Positions 14,084 to 32,305 of a stretch of DNA of 64,000 bases are shown here, piece by piece. The DNA comes from the human T2T-CHM13v2.0 reference genome, Homo sapiens. Position 1 is the first letter of the stretch; the number at the start of each line of letters is the position of its first letter. The translations under genes were made by a program, and so were the position numbers. Where the stretch lies: assembly GCF_009914755.1 (NCBI RefSeq), contig NC_060938.1. The stretch is one strand, 5' to 3'. The notes beneath the pieces are model-generated. The model made no database searches, had not been told where the DNA came from, and was given only the letters and a program-made list of their open reading frames with translations.

Positions 14084-15099
14084 ATGGGGAAAAAACAGAG
14101 CAGAAAAACTGGAAACTCTGAAAAGCAGAGCGACTTTCCTCCTCCAAAGGAACGCAGTTCCTCACCAGCAACGGAACAAAGCTGGATGGAGAATGACTTT
14201 GACGAGCTGAGAGAAGAAGGCTTCAGATGATCAAATTACTCCGAGCTACGGGAGGACATTCAAACCAAAGGCAAAGAAGTTGAAAACTTTGAAAAAAATT
14301 TAGAAGAATGTATAACTAGAATAACCAAGACAGGGAAGTGCTTAAAGGAGCTGATGGAGCTGAAAACCAAGGCTCGAGAACTATGTGAAGAATGCAGAAG
14401 CCTCAGGAGCCGATGCAATCAACTGGAAGAAAGGGTATCAGCGATGGAAGATGAAAGGAATGAAATGAAGCAAGAAGGGAAGTTTAGAGAAAAAAGAATA
14501 AAAAGAAATGAGCAAAGCCTCCAAGAAATATGGGACTATGTGAAAAGACCAAATCTACGTCTGATTGGTGTACCTGAAAGTGACGGGGAGAATGGAACCA
14601 AGTTGGAAAACACTCTGCAGGATATTATCCAGGAGAACTTCCCCAATCTAGCAAGGCAAGCCAACATTCAGATTCAGGAAATACAGAGAACGCCACAAAG
14701 ATACTCCTCAAGAAGAGCAACTCCAAGACACATAATTGTCAGATTCACCAAAGTTGAAATGAAGGAAAAAATGTTAAGCGCAGCCAGAGAGAAAGGTCGG
14801 GTTACCCTCAAAGGGAAGCCCATCAGACTAACAGCAGATCTCTTGGCAGAAACTCTACAAGCCAGAAGAGAGTGGGGGCCAACATTCAACATTCTTAAAG
14901 AAAAGAATTTTCAACCCAGAATTTCATATCCAGCCAAACAAGCTTCATAAGTGAAGGAGAAATAAAATACTTTACAGACAAGCAAATGCTGAGAGATTTT
15001 GTCACCACCAGGTCTGCCCTAAAAGAGCTCCTGAAGGAAGCGCTAAACATGGAAAGGAACAACCGGTACCAGCCGCTGCAAAATCATGCCAAAATGTAA
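14084..15099 (+). pseudogene. L1 ORF1, disabled
   Basis: ATG at 14084 (MGKKQSRKTG); CGA>TGA at codon 49 (14228-14230); 1-bp deletion near 14939; terminal TAA 15097-15099. Confidence 0.92.
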
Positions 15100-15147
15100 A
15101 GACCATCGAGACTAGGAAGAAACTGCATCAACTAATGAGCAAAATAA

Positions 15148-18988
<3,841 letters not shown>

Positions 18989-19418
18989 ACAATGAGAACA
19001 CATGGACACAGGAAGGGGAACATCACACTCTGGGGACTGTTGTGGGGTAGGGGGAGGGGGGAGGGATAGCATTGGGAGATATACCTAATGCTAGATGACG
19101 AGTTAGTGGGTGCAGCGCAGCAGCATGGCACATGTATACATATGTAACTAACCTGCACATTGTGCACATATACCCTAAAACTTAAAGTATAATAATAATA
19201 AATTAATTAATTAAAAAAATGTATTAAAGAAAACAAGAAGAAAACCCAGGAGATGATATACTTAAAAGCACTTTGGAAAGGTCAGTTCTATTTTTAGAAG
19301 CAATGCACTAACCAATTTATTTTACATGTCTTTTAGAAGATAGTAATCTAAAATAGTTGTTAATCATGCTTGTTCATCATAGACTGCAATTGTATCTCCA
19401 GACTATTTAACAATTTTA

Positions 19419-19641
19419 ACAGGTTTGTTGAACCCACAGCCCGTGGGCCGCATACAGCCCAGGATGGCTTTGAATGTGGCCCAACAAATTCATAAACTTT
19501 CTTAAAGCGTTATGACTTTTTTTGTGATTTTTTTTTTTAAAGCCCATCAGCTATCATTAGTGTTAGTGTATTTTATATGTGGCCCTAGACAATTCTTTTT
19601 CTTCCTCTGGGGCCCAAGGATATCAAAGTTGGACACCCTTG
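19419..19641. mobile_element. MER30 MITE
   Basis: gcccaggatggctttgaatgtggcccaac...ttggacaccc. Confidence 0.8.
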
Positions 19642-20518
19642 AATTAGATAATTGTGTAGCCTGGCACTAACCAGACTGAGTTACAGGGACTGCCTTGGGG
19701 AGAGGGGAATGCTATTCAGGCAAAGATCTAGATCCTCTTCTGATTGATCCAGAGAAGATCTGCTGTTTTTTTGTTGTTTTTTTTTAACCTACTGGACTTC
19801 TGCTTAAGATCTCATATAGTCTTAGGCACCATATGCTTGTATATACCTTGAGAATGTAGATAAATAGATTAATCCAGTGACCCATCCCCATATTCTAGTC
19901 TATGAAAATTTTGGCAACCATGAGAATTCCAGTTTACATGAACTGAATTAACAATATATTGTCCGTATTAGAGACAGTTACAAAAAGATGGAACTGTGGG
20001 TTAAGAATAAAAAATGAAGGTAATATGGATGGCAAATAGTAATAGAAGTATTGAAATAATGTTTTTGGAGAAATAAAATGGATAAAGGAAAGTAAAGTTG
20101 GGTCTTAGAACTGCAAATTGAAGGGGATCAATAAGCATGTGAGAAAAACTGAGGGATGTAGGGAAGTAAGAGATGAGAGCCAGGACTCTGGAAGGTGGGA
20201 ACCTGAGGAGGTAGGATATAGGACTGGAATTTTAGGAGGTAGAAGTGGATATTCCTGAGTTGTAATGAAATCAGAAAAGCTTTGAAAATTGGGAAGACAA
20301 TTAGTCCAGCAAGGGAGGAAGACATTAATCAAATAATCACTAAAATGTGAAATTGTAAATATTATAACTTAGTATACAAAGGAGAGGTACTTGTATTGGT
20401 AGTGTGTGGGAGCAATGGCTAAGCTTAGATCTGAGGAAGCTGCTGTATTTGGTGTGCATGTCACCTCTCAGGGTGCCAAGTTCCCCACAGATAGTTATCT
20501 TTAACACCTAGCAAACTA

Positions 20519-20856
20519 CAGTCATGTGCTACATAACAACATTTCAGTCGAGGATGGATTGCATATAAGATGGTGGTTGCATAAGATTATAATACCATAA
20601 TTTTTCTGTATCTTATTAAAGTTTAGATACAAAGATATTTGTCACTGTGTTACAATTGCCTACAATATTCAGTACAGTAACACTCTGCACAGGTTTGTAG
20701 CCTAGGAGCAATAGGCTATACCATATAGCCTCAGTGTGTAGTAGGCTATACTATCTAGGTTTGTAGAAGTACACTTTATGATGTTCGCACAATAGTGAAA
20801 TTGCCTAATGACACATTTCTCAGTACATATCCCCATTATTATGCGCCATACAGCTG
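20519..20856 (+). mobile_element. Tigger3a (MER7A) MITE
   Basis: TA|cagtcatg...cagctg|TA; gtagcctaggagcaataggctataccatatagcc core. Confidence 0.85.
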
Positions 20857-22329
20857 TATTTAGAGTGTCATTCTTTCTGGATTTGTATATAAAATTGGAG
20901 GCATAGCAGGGAGTGGTAGTGGCCAGCCATGACTCAGGCTGATTCTGAAGGTAATACCAGTGTGGTCTTAAGACCATTGACATATTGACATATTTGCTTG
21001 TTGGTATAAATTTGGAATCTTTGACCCAGAAAGAAACAATAGGGGAGATAAATTCCCTCTTAATCATTTTTTTGAGATAGTTTCATGACACTGGGTAGGT
21101 TTTCCTCAGTTCAGTTCCAGCTGCCTTATCATTTGTGAATCTAGGTGAATTAGTGGGGAGGGAGATCCTGAAAAGTTTCTCAGATAGAAAGTAGAATTAG
21201 TCATAAGTACTTATTACTGTAACAAAGGTTTGGAATATTCTGGAATCTGTAATGAATTAATAGATTCATATCATTATATTCAGTAATATATATTGAATGA
21301 ATGAACAGAGATATAGTACGTATGTACAAGAAGCTTTGAGAAGCAATAAGCCTACATTTTAGCATATTTATGATGCTACATTTTAACTAAGATTTTGGAA
21401 AACTTTTTACATTAAGCGTATGTTTTATTTCAAGTTGGCATGTGGTCACTAATGAAAAGCTTTTATTTTTCCTTTTATATAAGAGCTATGAAGTCACATA
21501 GGGAACTAATAATTTTGTACAGGGTTTTGCTCCTTAATTGACATATGCCTTTTGATTCTGGAACTGATTACGAAAGAAGTCTATCTGTATCCATGAGCAG
21601 TTAACTCTTTCCAGAATTGGAATCTTTAAAGTGCATTGTAGCTATCAGGTCCAAATTAAGGCATAGATAGTCACTTGCCAGGTGAGATTTGATGGCAAAA
21701 GAAAAACTAAAATGTGGCCTAGAACTTCTTTTTCTTTTAAAAGAGGAGCACTTCTAACCATTTTCTGAGGCATTCTACCACAGTAAATCCTTTGATTGTG
21801 GGATTGATAGTTAGCATTATTTGTGTATCAGAAATGAGTCGTTCTGGCAGTGGGACATTGAGAGTGGATGTAGGGTTAGGCTAAGTTAGATGATATGGAA
21901 GGGGAAGTTGGGAAGTCGGTGGTGTTTTACCTCAGGACATCTCCACTAGCAATTGATATGCAAATGATTCATCCAGGGAGGGAGGAGATTTTAGAAATAA
22001 AGCTCTTAATAGGTTTTCAGGGATATTGTTTTGGGGTTTGATGGACTAAGAGTATAAAGGTAGCTTTTCTGACAGCATGGCCCTTTAGAATGGTACTACC
22101 TCCATTTTATGAATTAGTAGTTATCAGTTGAGGGAGTAAGGCAGACAGTTTCCCCTTTAGTAGGTATTTTGGGAATTTGTAGGGGGGTGCAAGAAGAAAT
22201 TTTTTTTTTACAGTAATAAATAGATGTGGTCCAGGGATGCTAGCCATTCTGTAATGTGAGGGTCATTAAGACTGATAATGCTATAAATAATATTTTATAA
22301 ATTAGAGCATTTTGCAGCATGATATAATT

Positions 22330-22500
22330 GACATTCATCTCAGTTGATGCATACAGCAGCACTGTCAGGTAAGGAGCGGGGTATTATGATCTTCATTTTA
22401 GAAATAAGCAAAATGGGACTCAGAAACCATGTGATTTGCCCAAGATCATATGGCTAATAAGATAGCTGAGAGGTGAACTCATATCCTCTTTCCACTGAAC
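22330..22500 (-). mobile_element. MIR
   Basis: cattttagaaataag...gactcaga...gtgatttgcccaagatcat core. Confidence 0.6.
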
Positions 22501-22569
22501 TGTGGTTGGAAAAAATGATTGACTCCGAGAAAAGATCCAAGTAGTGTTTTCATTCATTCATTCAGTAAT

Positions 22570-23650
<1,081 letters not shown>

Positions 23651-23795
23651 GTTTTTAAAGTTTTAATTTTCAGGGCCCTTAAACTCTAGGTGGATTATAT
23701 CAATTGATATTTATCATATTAGGAATTTAAACTGGAAAATTTAAAGAATATTTAACTATTATCTATTATGCAGTAAGTCCATTACATGGTATGTG

Positions 23796-24114
23796 TTTTT
23801 TTGTGTGTTTGTTTTTGTTTTTGAGATGGAGTCTCACTGTCGCCGGGCTTGAGTGCAGTGGTGTGATCTTGGTTCACTATAACCTCCACTTCCTGGGTTC
23901 AAGCGATTCTCCTTACTCAGCCTCCCGAATAGTTGCAATTACAGGTGCCCACCAGTGCGCCTGCCACCATGCCTGGCTAATTTTTGAATTTTTAAATTAA
24001 AGACGGGGTTTCGCCATGTTGGCCAGGCTGGTCTCGAACTCCTGACCTCAAGTGATCTGTTCATCTCAGCCTCCCAAAGTCCTGGGATTACAGGCGTGAG
24101 CCACTGTGCCTGGC
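23796..24114 (-). mobile_element. AluS
   Basis: Full dimer; TSD attacatg. Confidence 0.9.
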
Positions 24115-24132
24115 CATTACATGTTAGCATAT

Positions 24133-24528
24133 TGTACCAAACAGGGCTCCATTAGGAAAATAGAACCAGTAGAACATATATTAAGAGAGTTATTGCAAAG
24201 AATTGGCATATGCAGATGTGGAGTTGTCTGAAATCCATAGGGCAGGCTGTTGGAAAGGGCAGGCTAGAACTCTCAGGCAAGGGCCTAAGCTGTAGTCCAT
24301 AGGTGGAATTTCATCTTTTTAAAGGAAGTCTCAGCTCTGCTGTTAAGGCTTTTCAAGTGATTGAATTAGCCCACCCAGATTATGTAGGATAATCTCTAGT
24401 ACTTAAAGTCATCTGTTTATGGACATTAATGACATCTACAAAATCCTTTCATAACAATGCATAGATTAGTGTTTGATTGAATAACAGGAGACTGTGGACT
24501 AGCCAAGTTGACACAAAACTGACTGTCA
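24133..24528 (-). mobile_element. MLT2 (ERVL) LTR, MLT2D-like
   Basis: TG...CA; gcccacccagattat...ctagccaagttgacac. Confidence 0.75.
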
Positions 24529-24532
24529 TATA

Positions 24533-24709
24533 TTTTTTGTTTGTTTTTTGTTTTTTTTTTAAGAGACAGGGCCTCGCTCTGTCACCCAGGCTGGAGTGCA
24601 GTGACATGATCATAGTTCACTGTAACCTCCAGCTCCCGGACTTAAGAGAGCCTCCTGCCTCAGCCTCCTGAGTAGCTGGGACTACAGATGTGAGCCACTG
24701 CACCTGGAC
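24533..24709 (-). mobile_element. FRAM / Alu right monomer
   Basis: Single right monomer with T-rich tail. Confidence 0.8.
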
Positions 24710-25599
24710 TTTACATGTATTTTTTATGGAAAATAAATACATTTTTGACTAAAAAAAGTGAAAAAAGAGTGGCGTTGTTTTATGTTTTTGCAAATCTCTT
24801 TAGTGTCTGACTTAATAGAAGACAGCCTGATTCTAATATCTGCTTCTGCATTCAGTCTGTTGCACTCTGTTGTTTTGGTTGAGATATGAAGATCTGGCCT
24901 TATACTGGTTATAGTTGGAAAGGGAGGAATATTTTAATAGTCTCTTCAGATAATTAAAGATATGCTTCTTTGATACTACACCAGGAATTGAGTAATAGTT
25001 GCTTAGAGGTTAGTTGTGATATAGAATCTGAAACCATATTATTGCATTTTTTCTACAGTTACATTAAAATCTATTCATCTGTCTTAGGCTCTTAATGGAT
25101 ATTTACCTATGCATGATTTTGTAATATTATGCATTTATCACTCAGAAAATATTGGTTCACTGTCTTATGGAGTTCTAAATGTTGACACATTTTATTACTC
25201 AATATAAAAAAATTTCATTAGTATCTCCACTGATCTGAACAAAAAGTATTTAAGTATTGGGATGCAGTCAAACTCATGGTAGCAGATGTAAGTTTTTTAG
25301 GAATCTGATTTTTCATTAAAAGCTTGAATTTTATCATTGGCAATAAATATTGCCACTTGTTTTTCTTGAAGTGTCGGGCTTACTTTGCTCATTTTGAGAA
25401 AACGTCTACCAAATACTTAAGTCAGAAAAACCATAACTTATCTATCAATCATTCTTTCAAGTAAAAATGGTCTCCCATGGAAAAAGTGACTTCTTAGTCT
25501 GAGAACCCAATTGTACAGATGTTTTTCCTTGAGACAATGGTTGTACTTCAGAATGTAGTAGAAGTGCTTCTATTTTGTCAAACAGAATATTAAAAATAT

Positions 25600-25670
25600 G
25601 TCTGTGTTCTAATAAAACTCTATTGACAAAAACAGGCAATGGGCCATAGTGCACAGTTTGACAACCCCTG
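25600..25670. mobile_element. MER58A end fragment
   Basis: gttctaataaaactctattgacaaaaacaggc...tttgacaacccctg. Confidence 0.6.
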
Positions 25671-25996
25671 CTTTATTTAACTCCTTGAGCAAATGTAGAA
25701 GATTAATAATAGCCGTTTTGAGGTTTTTATCCATGAATGCCATCATATATATAATTTTTTAAATCTGTTTTTATTGACTGATTTTTCTCCTGGTAATGGA
25801 TCTTTTCCTCTTCCTTTACTTGTCTGGTAATTTTTCAATTCGATGTTAAACATTGTAAATTTTACGTTGTTGGTGGGTGCTGGATTTTAACATATGTTTT
25901 TCAAGAGTGTTAGGTTTTGTTTTAAGGTACATTTTAGTATTAGTTTGATCCTTTTGCAGGTTGCTTTTCTATGTTGTTATGGAAAAATCCCAGGTA

Positions 25997-26328
25997 CAGT
26001 CATGCTTCGCTTAACAATTGGGATATGTTCTGAGAAATGCATTGTTAGGCAATTTCATTGTTGTATGAACACCCTACAGTGTACTTACATGCACCTAGAT
26101 GGTATAGCCTACTGCGCACCTAGACTATATGGTATAGCCTATTGCTTCTAGGCTATGAACCTGTACAGCATGTTACTGTATTGAATAGGCAATTACAACA
26201 CAATGGTAAGTATTTGTGTATCTAAACAAAGGAAAGGTATTGTAAAAATATACTATATAAGCTTATGGGACCACTGTTGTATAAGTGATGCATCATTGAC
26301 TGAAATGTCGTTATGCAGCACATGACTG
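25997..26328 (-). mobile_element. Tigger3a (MER7A) MITE
   Basis: cagtcatg...catgactg TIRs; interior is the reverse complement of the 20519 copy. Confidence 0.85.
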
Positions 26329-27075
26329 TGGTTTTTTATTCTGAAACTTATTTAGCTTCACTACTAAGGTAAAATCCTTCTGAAAATTCTGCCCAATGCC
26401 CAGTGTATAATAAGGTCTCTTTATTCTTCACCTTGTGTAAACCCGAACTGTTCTCACCCTGTGTGGGCACTAGGAAGTGTTCAGTCTGATACTTTCTGGT
26501 GGTTCTTTCCTCAACCTCAAGTAGTTTCCCTTCACACATGTGCAGATTAGTTCTCAAGTGGCCCTCTCTGCAGATCTTTGCAGTGCTCACTCTGCACACC
26601 TGCTTCCTCTCTGGTACTCTGCCCCATAAGTTCTAGCCACCTTAGCTTTCCCAAACTCCGATCCCCATCTCCTCAACTCAGGTTGTCTACCAGGCTCTGT
26701 TTACTTTCCCTTTCTTGTGTTGCAGCCTGGAAACTGCCTCTGGAGCAAACTGAGGTGATTGTAAGCTCATTGTGTTTGTTTCCTTTCTCTCAAGGATTAC
26801 AGTCTCAAGCTTTCTATTGTTCAGTACCTGAAAACTCTTATTTCATGTATTCTGTCTGATTTTCTACTTATTATTTTAGTGCAATTCATGTACCAGTTAA
26901 TCCTTTGTGGGCTAAAGTGGAAATCCCTTCTTTCATTCTCTCTTGAGTTCACTCTATCCAGGCTTAAGTTTCCAGCTCTATAATGCAACTGATTTAAAAA
27001 ATTTTATCCAACCCAATAGCAGCATTCGAAAGAGTTGATCACTCACTTTTTCTTGAAAAGCTCTCTTCCCTTGAC

Positions 27076-27373
27076 TTTTTATTTTTTTAGACAGGTTCTC
27101 ACCTAACTCTGTCACCCAGGCTGGAGTACAGTGGTGCTATCATGGTTCACTGCAGCTTTGACCCCTCAGACTCAAGCAATCCTCTCACCTCAGCCTCTCG
27201 AGTAGCTGGGACCACAGGCATATGCCACCATGCCCAGCTAATTTTTTAATTTTTAGTACAGATAAGGTTTTGGTATGTTGCCCTGGTTGGTCTTAAACTT
27301 CTGGGCTCAAGAGATCCTCCTGCCTTGGCCTCCTAAAGTGTTGGGATTATAGGCATGAGCCACCATGCCCAGC
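27076..27373 (-). mobile_element. AluJ
   Basis: Full dimer with J diagnostics. Confidence 0.85.
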
Positions 27374-27853
27374 CCACTTGGCTTCTTGGAACTATTCTCT
27401 CTTCTTTTACACCTACCTTCTTGGTCACCTCCTCCTCTCAGTCCCTTTTGCTGGATCCTCCTCATCATTTTAACTTCTAGGCTTTGGGGAATCCCAGAAC
27501 TCAGTCCTAGGACCTTTTCTCTTCTATATCTGTACTCAATCCCTAATATCATCTGGTCTTATGATCTTTAAAATCTTTTATAGGCTGTAACTCCTATTGA
27601 TATCTGAATTCTGAGCTTTCCCATGAACTTCAGATTCATATTCATTTGCGTAATGACATGGAACTTGGATAGGTTTACATACATGGATTTCCTGATATGT
27701 CCAAAACTGCATTTTTGTTTCCCCCATGAAGGAAATAAAACATGCAAATAACACCAATAACCAAAACCTTTATGTGAATCTTGTCTTTTCTGCTTCAATA
27801 AAGTTGTGATTCCATTCTTCTAGACACTCACCCAATTAGTCAAGAAATTCTTT

Positions 27854-28279
<426 letters not shown>

Positions 28280-30969
28280 TGATCTCCTTGCTTTCATTCT
28301 TGCCCAAGCCTCTTCTCCATTGGGCAGTTAGAGCAGTCCTTTTAAAAAAAGAAGTCAGATCATGTTGTTCCTGCTTCTAGGCTTCCTATTTTGCTAAATA
28401 AAAGCTAAAAAAAAAAATACCACTTTAGCAAAAAAAAAAAAAACAAAAACCACAGACCTAAAGGTCTTATGTGATCTTGGCCTTGGCTAGCTCTTTGTTT
28501 TCTTTTATTCTCCCTCTTACTCTCTGTGTTCCAGATACTTTAGTCTCTTTGTTGTTTCTCAGACACACCAGGCATCTTTCCACATGTAAGCTTTTGCACT
28601 TGTTATAATTCTCTATTCTTGTGTGCTGTTTCACTGGGTATCCACATGGTTCATTTTCTTATCTCTTTTAAGCTTTTGCTCAAATGTCACCTTATTAATA
28701 AGGCTTTGTCAGTTCACCTGACATAAAATATAAAATAGCGCTAGCCCCACCTGTCACATTCTATTCTCTCATCCTGCTTCATTTTCCTCTACAGCCTTAT
28801 TACCTCATATATAATATATATTTATTTGTTTGTCTTCCTCAGTAGAATTTAAACCCTATGAGGTAAGGGCTTTTCTTTTTCTTTTGGTAGTGGTGGTTGT
28901 TCATTGCCATATTCTCAGCACCCAGAACAGTGCCTGGCATATAGTAGGTCCTCAATAAATATTTGTTGAATGAATGGATCTTAGTGCTCATTTTGAAAAG
29001 AATGCTTTTTATAAACAGATATCCACTAGATGGCATTATTTTCAAACTTTATGTAATTAATGTCTGGGAGCAAATGATAGGTTATTTTCTGTTTTTTGCC
29101 CTAAACAAAAAAGATCTTTGCAATGAAGATTGTCACAAGAAGTTACTAGGATGAATGTGAGGCATGTCGAATATTGCATTTATATTTGGTTTTTGATTTA
29201 TATATTTTTAGATGTTTATTATAAAATAAAAAACATTTAGAGAAACAAAATTACAGCATATTGGTGTGTAAATGATCCATTTAATACAGTTATTTAGCAT
29301 GGTAACTGTGAACAAAGGTTGTTCATGTCTATCCATTGACCACCATTCCTTTTGTGAGGCCTTCAGCAATGGCAAAGCAGCAGTAAGTTCCAGAGCCTTT
29401 CATTACTGAAGCCACTAGTGGAAATCCAGAAAATTGTCAGCTGTTCAGTTCTTGTTGCTAATGAGCTAGGTACTCTCAATCTGGTTCCTAATCAACTGGG
29501 CATTCAAATTTTGAAAAATTTCCATGTTTCTAGAAGATGTTGCCAGACCTATCCTGTTAAAAACTGGTAGGTTCTAAGTGCCAGAGATTTTTAGCTGACT
29601 TCTCTGACCAGCACTAAACTCAGCAAATAGTTTCCCTAATCAAAAATTTACACTTTTCCCCCAAACCCTCAGGATTTGGCTGCTCTGCCTGTGCCAATGC
29701 CATCTCATTTCTTGATTTCCTCCCTTACCTCATTTCCTTCTTCCATTTCAATCCCTGTGCCTCTCTTAAGCTCTTTTCCTGGATGGTTATTTGATCCATT
29801 TTATTCTCACTCTTCACACCTCTTTTGGTACTATTCCTTATTCATGAAGTATTTTTTCCTCTTCCTGTTCAACTTAGCTATGTATATTTTTCTTTTCAAA
29901 TTGTTCAAAAATACACTTAAAAACAGTTGTTGAAGTTCTCTCTTCTCTTTTCCTGTTTTGGGCTTTTCTCTTTTATTTCTGATCATAGCAAATGTAAGGA
30001 CTTGTTTTGGTTATGTTTTTAAAGTTCCCAGCTTCTTCTCAGAACTCTAACTATTTAGAAATGAAAACACTGTTCTTTTGTACTTTTGAGTCTCTAAATG
30101 GAAAACAAAATATAGGATGCTTTTTGAGTTTACAGCCTCTCCTCCCAGTTCCCCTGGGATGGCTAAGTACTAGGGCTGATAAAATGTCATTTCATTTAAA
30201 ATGAAATGTGATGGTTAAACTCAAAACATTTAAAATGAAATGAGATGGTTAAACTCAAAGACTTATATTTTTAACATTTTTAACCATAAATATGAGAAAT
30301 TTCTAGTAATGCTTTCCATATCTTATAATATGAATGATGGCATTTTAACTTGTCACTCTCTTGTGTTTGGCCTACTGCATGTATTAAACTGGCTTTGAGG
30401 CCAGAATTCAGTGTTTAGAAAATCATGTTTTGTTTACTAAGAAAGTATTGGAACATTAATTTATTTGGGCCATAATTTAAAGGAATTATTGCATAGCATT
30501 AATTTGCATGAATTGTTTCAATTGAGAAAGTGTATTTTTCTGGAATGAGACATGAAGACTTACTGATATCTATTATAATACAATATACCATATTTGTTCA
30601 AATATACTTATTTCATTCAAGAAAATGAAAGCATTCTTATTTAGTAAACATATCTTATAGCTGCTACTCTAAATATCACTTACAAAAAACATATTTAATC
30701 CCAGAAAGATAAATCTCAAGAGACATTGTTGTTTGCTCAAGATTAGATGAGATCCAACAGCCCTTGCTGGTTGCATGCTCTGACTGCTAACCTCTGTTAG
30801 TGCTTACAAAAGAGAGCTTAATTCTAAATCTGTATATTAAGCCATTTTGCTTATACCTGCTCTATTGATAAGGCTTAGGAGTTTCTCAAGTAAAATTAAT
30901 TAGAGATTCAGCAATGTGGCTTTAAGTAGAATTGACTGTTTTCGTTTGTGCTATTTTTTTCACCCACAG

Positions 30970-31089
30970 ACTGGTTGAAATAGCAGAATCCCGTTTTCCC
31001 AGATATTTTAACACTGAAGAAAAGTTACTTTTGACAAGTAGTAAAGTTCATCTTTATCGGGAACTCACCTGTGATGAAGTTCTACAAAG
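30970..31089 (+). CDS. RAD51B: RAD51B coding exon 6 (120 nt, phase 2 to 2)
   Basis: tttttttcacccacag acceptor; (R)LVEIAESRFPRYFNTEEKLLLTSSKVHLYRELTCDEVLQ(R); donor AG|GTATGC; frame continuous with exon 5. Confidence 0.97.
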
Positions 31090-31308
31090 GTATGCTGCTT
31101 TAGATTTTGATTTTTTAGTAATGCGTTGAAGGTTTATGTTTTATCTTTTATGTTTCAGCTTCTAAGTGAAAAAAGTCTTTATAGGTTAGAATTATGTGGA
31201 GTAACTTTTTCAGTGTTCTTCTTTGTTATAGCCTTTTGGTTGAAGTCTTTCTTGAAAAACAAAAAAAATTAAATGAATAAAATGTTCTGTATTTAATTAA
31301 TTAAGTGG

Positions 31309-31862
31309 TGTATTATTTATCTATTGTTTCATTAACAAATTGTCTCACAGTTTAGTAGCTTAAAACAGCAAATACATATTATTTCACATAGTTTCTGAGG
31401 GTTAAGTGTCTGGGAGTAGCTTAGCTGGGTGTTTCTGGCTCAATGTCGCTCAAGAGGTTATAGTCAAGCTGGTGGCCAGGGCTGCAGTTATCTTAAGGCT
31501 TGACTGGAGCTGGAGTACCTGCTTCCAAGCTCCCTAATATAGTTGTTGGAAGCCCTCTGTTTCTTGCTGGCAGTGGGCAAGAGACCTTTGTTCCTTACCG
31601 TCTGGGCCTCTCCATAAATCACAACATAGCAAGTTGCTTTCCTCAGAGTAAGTGACCTGAGAGACTGGGCAAGTGAAAGAGTACCCAAGATGGAAGCTGT
31701 AGTCTTTTATAACCCACACTCAGAAATAAGGTACCATGATCTTGTCATATGCTTGTGGTCATACAGATCAAGTCTGGCACACTGTGGGAGGGACCTATAC
31801 AAGGATGCAAAATACCAAGAGGAGGGAGTAAGTGTGGGCCATTTTGCAGACTGGCTACCACA
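31309..31862 (-). mobile_element. MLT1F-like MaLR solo LTR in intron 6
   Basis: tgtatta...ggccattttgcagactggctaccaca; 5-bp TSD agtgg/agtag. Confidence 0.75.
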
Positions 31863-32121
31863 AGTAGTTTTACCCCAGAATTGGAGCGTTAACATTATCT
31901 TAGGAGAATCAAGGAATTCTGAAACTACACAGAAACAGTTTGCTCTGTTTCCAGAAAAGTATGATATGTCTACAAGTTAGGTTTACTGAATTCTTGCAAA
32001 TCATTACTGTAACTTAGGAAAGAATAGTTTATTGTTTTTAAGTTGCTTAGCCTTTGCAATACCTTTATTTATTTATTTTATCTTAAATTTATTGACTATT
32101 TTATAAATTCTTCTTTTATAG

Positions 32122-32305
32122 GATTGAATCTTTGGAAGAAGAAATTATCTCAAAAGGAATTAAACTTGTGATTCTTGACTCTGTTGCTTCTGTGGTCAGA
32201 AAGGAGTTTGATGCACAACTTCAAGGCAATCTCAAAGAAAGAAACAAGTTCTTGGCAAGAGAGGCATCCTCCTTGAAGTATTTGGCTGAGGAGTTTTCAA
32301 TCCCA
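32122..32305 (+). CDS. RAD51B: RAD51B coding exon 7 (184 nt, phase 2 to 0) with Walker B
   Basis: ttcttcttttatag acceptor; (R)IESLEEEIISKGIKLVILDSVASVVRKEFDAQLQGNLKERNKFLAREASSLKYLAEEFSIP; donor CCA|GTAAGT. Confidence 0.97.

Larger units (their letters stand above)
23671..25590. mobile_element. Charlie1-like hAT transposon, interrupted by Alu, MLT2 and FRAM
   Basis: gagtggcgttgtttta...gcaaatctcttt...cttaatagaagacagc...ctgcttctgcattca Charlie1/MER33 motifs. Confidence 0.7.

Noticed and set aside
13608-14171. 187-aa antisense ORF
   Set aside because: Antisense reading of the L1 5'UTR/ORF1 start, with a non-ATG start.
30932-31129. ORF-track 65-aa and 85-aa (32132-32389) ORFs as small genes
   Set aside because: They are RAD51B exons 6 and 7 plus intron read-through, and their starts are TTG rather than ATG.
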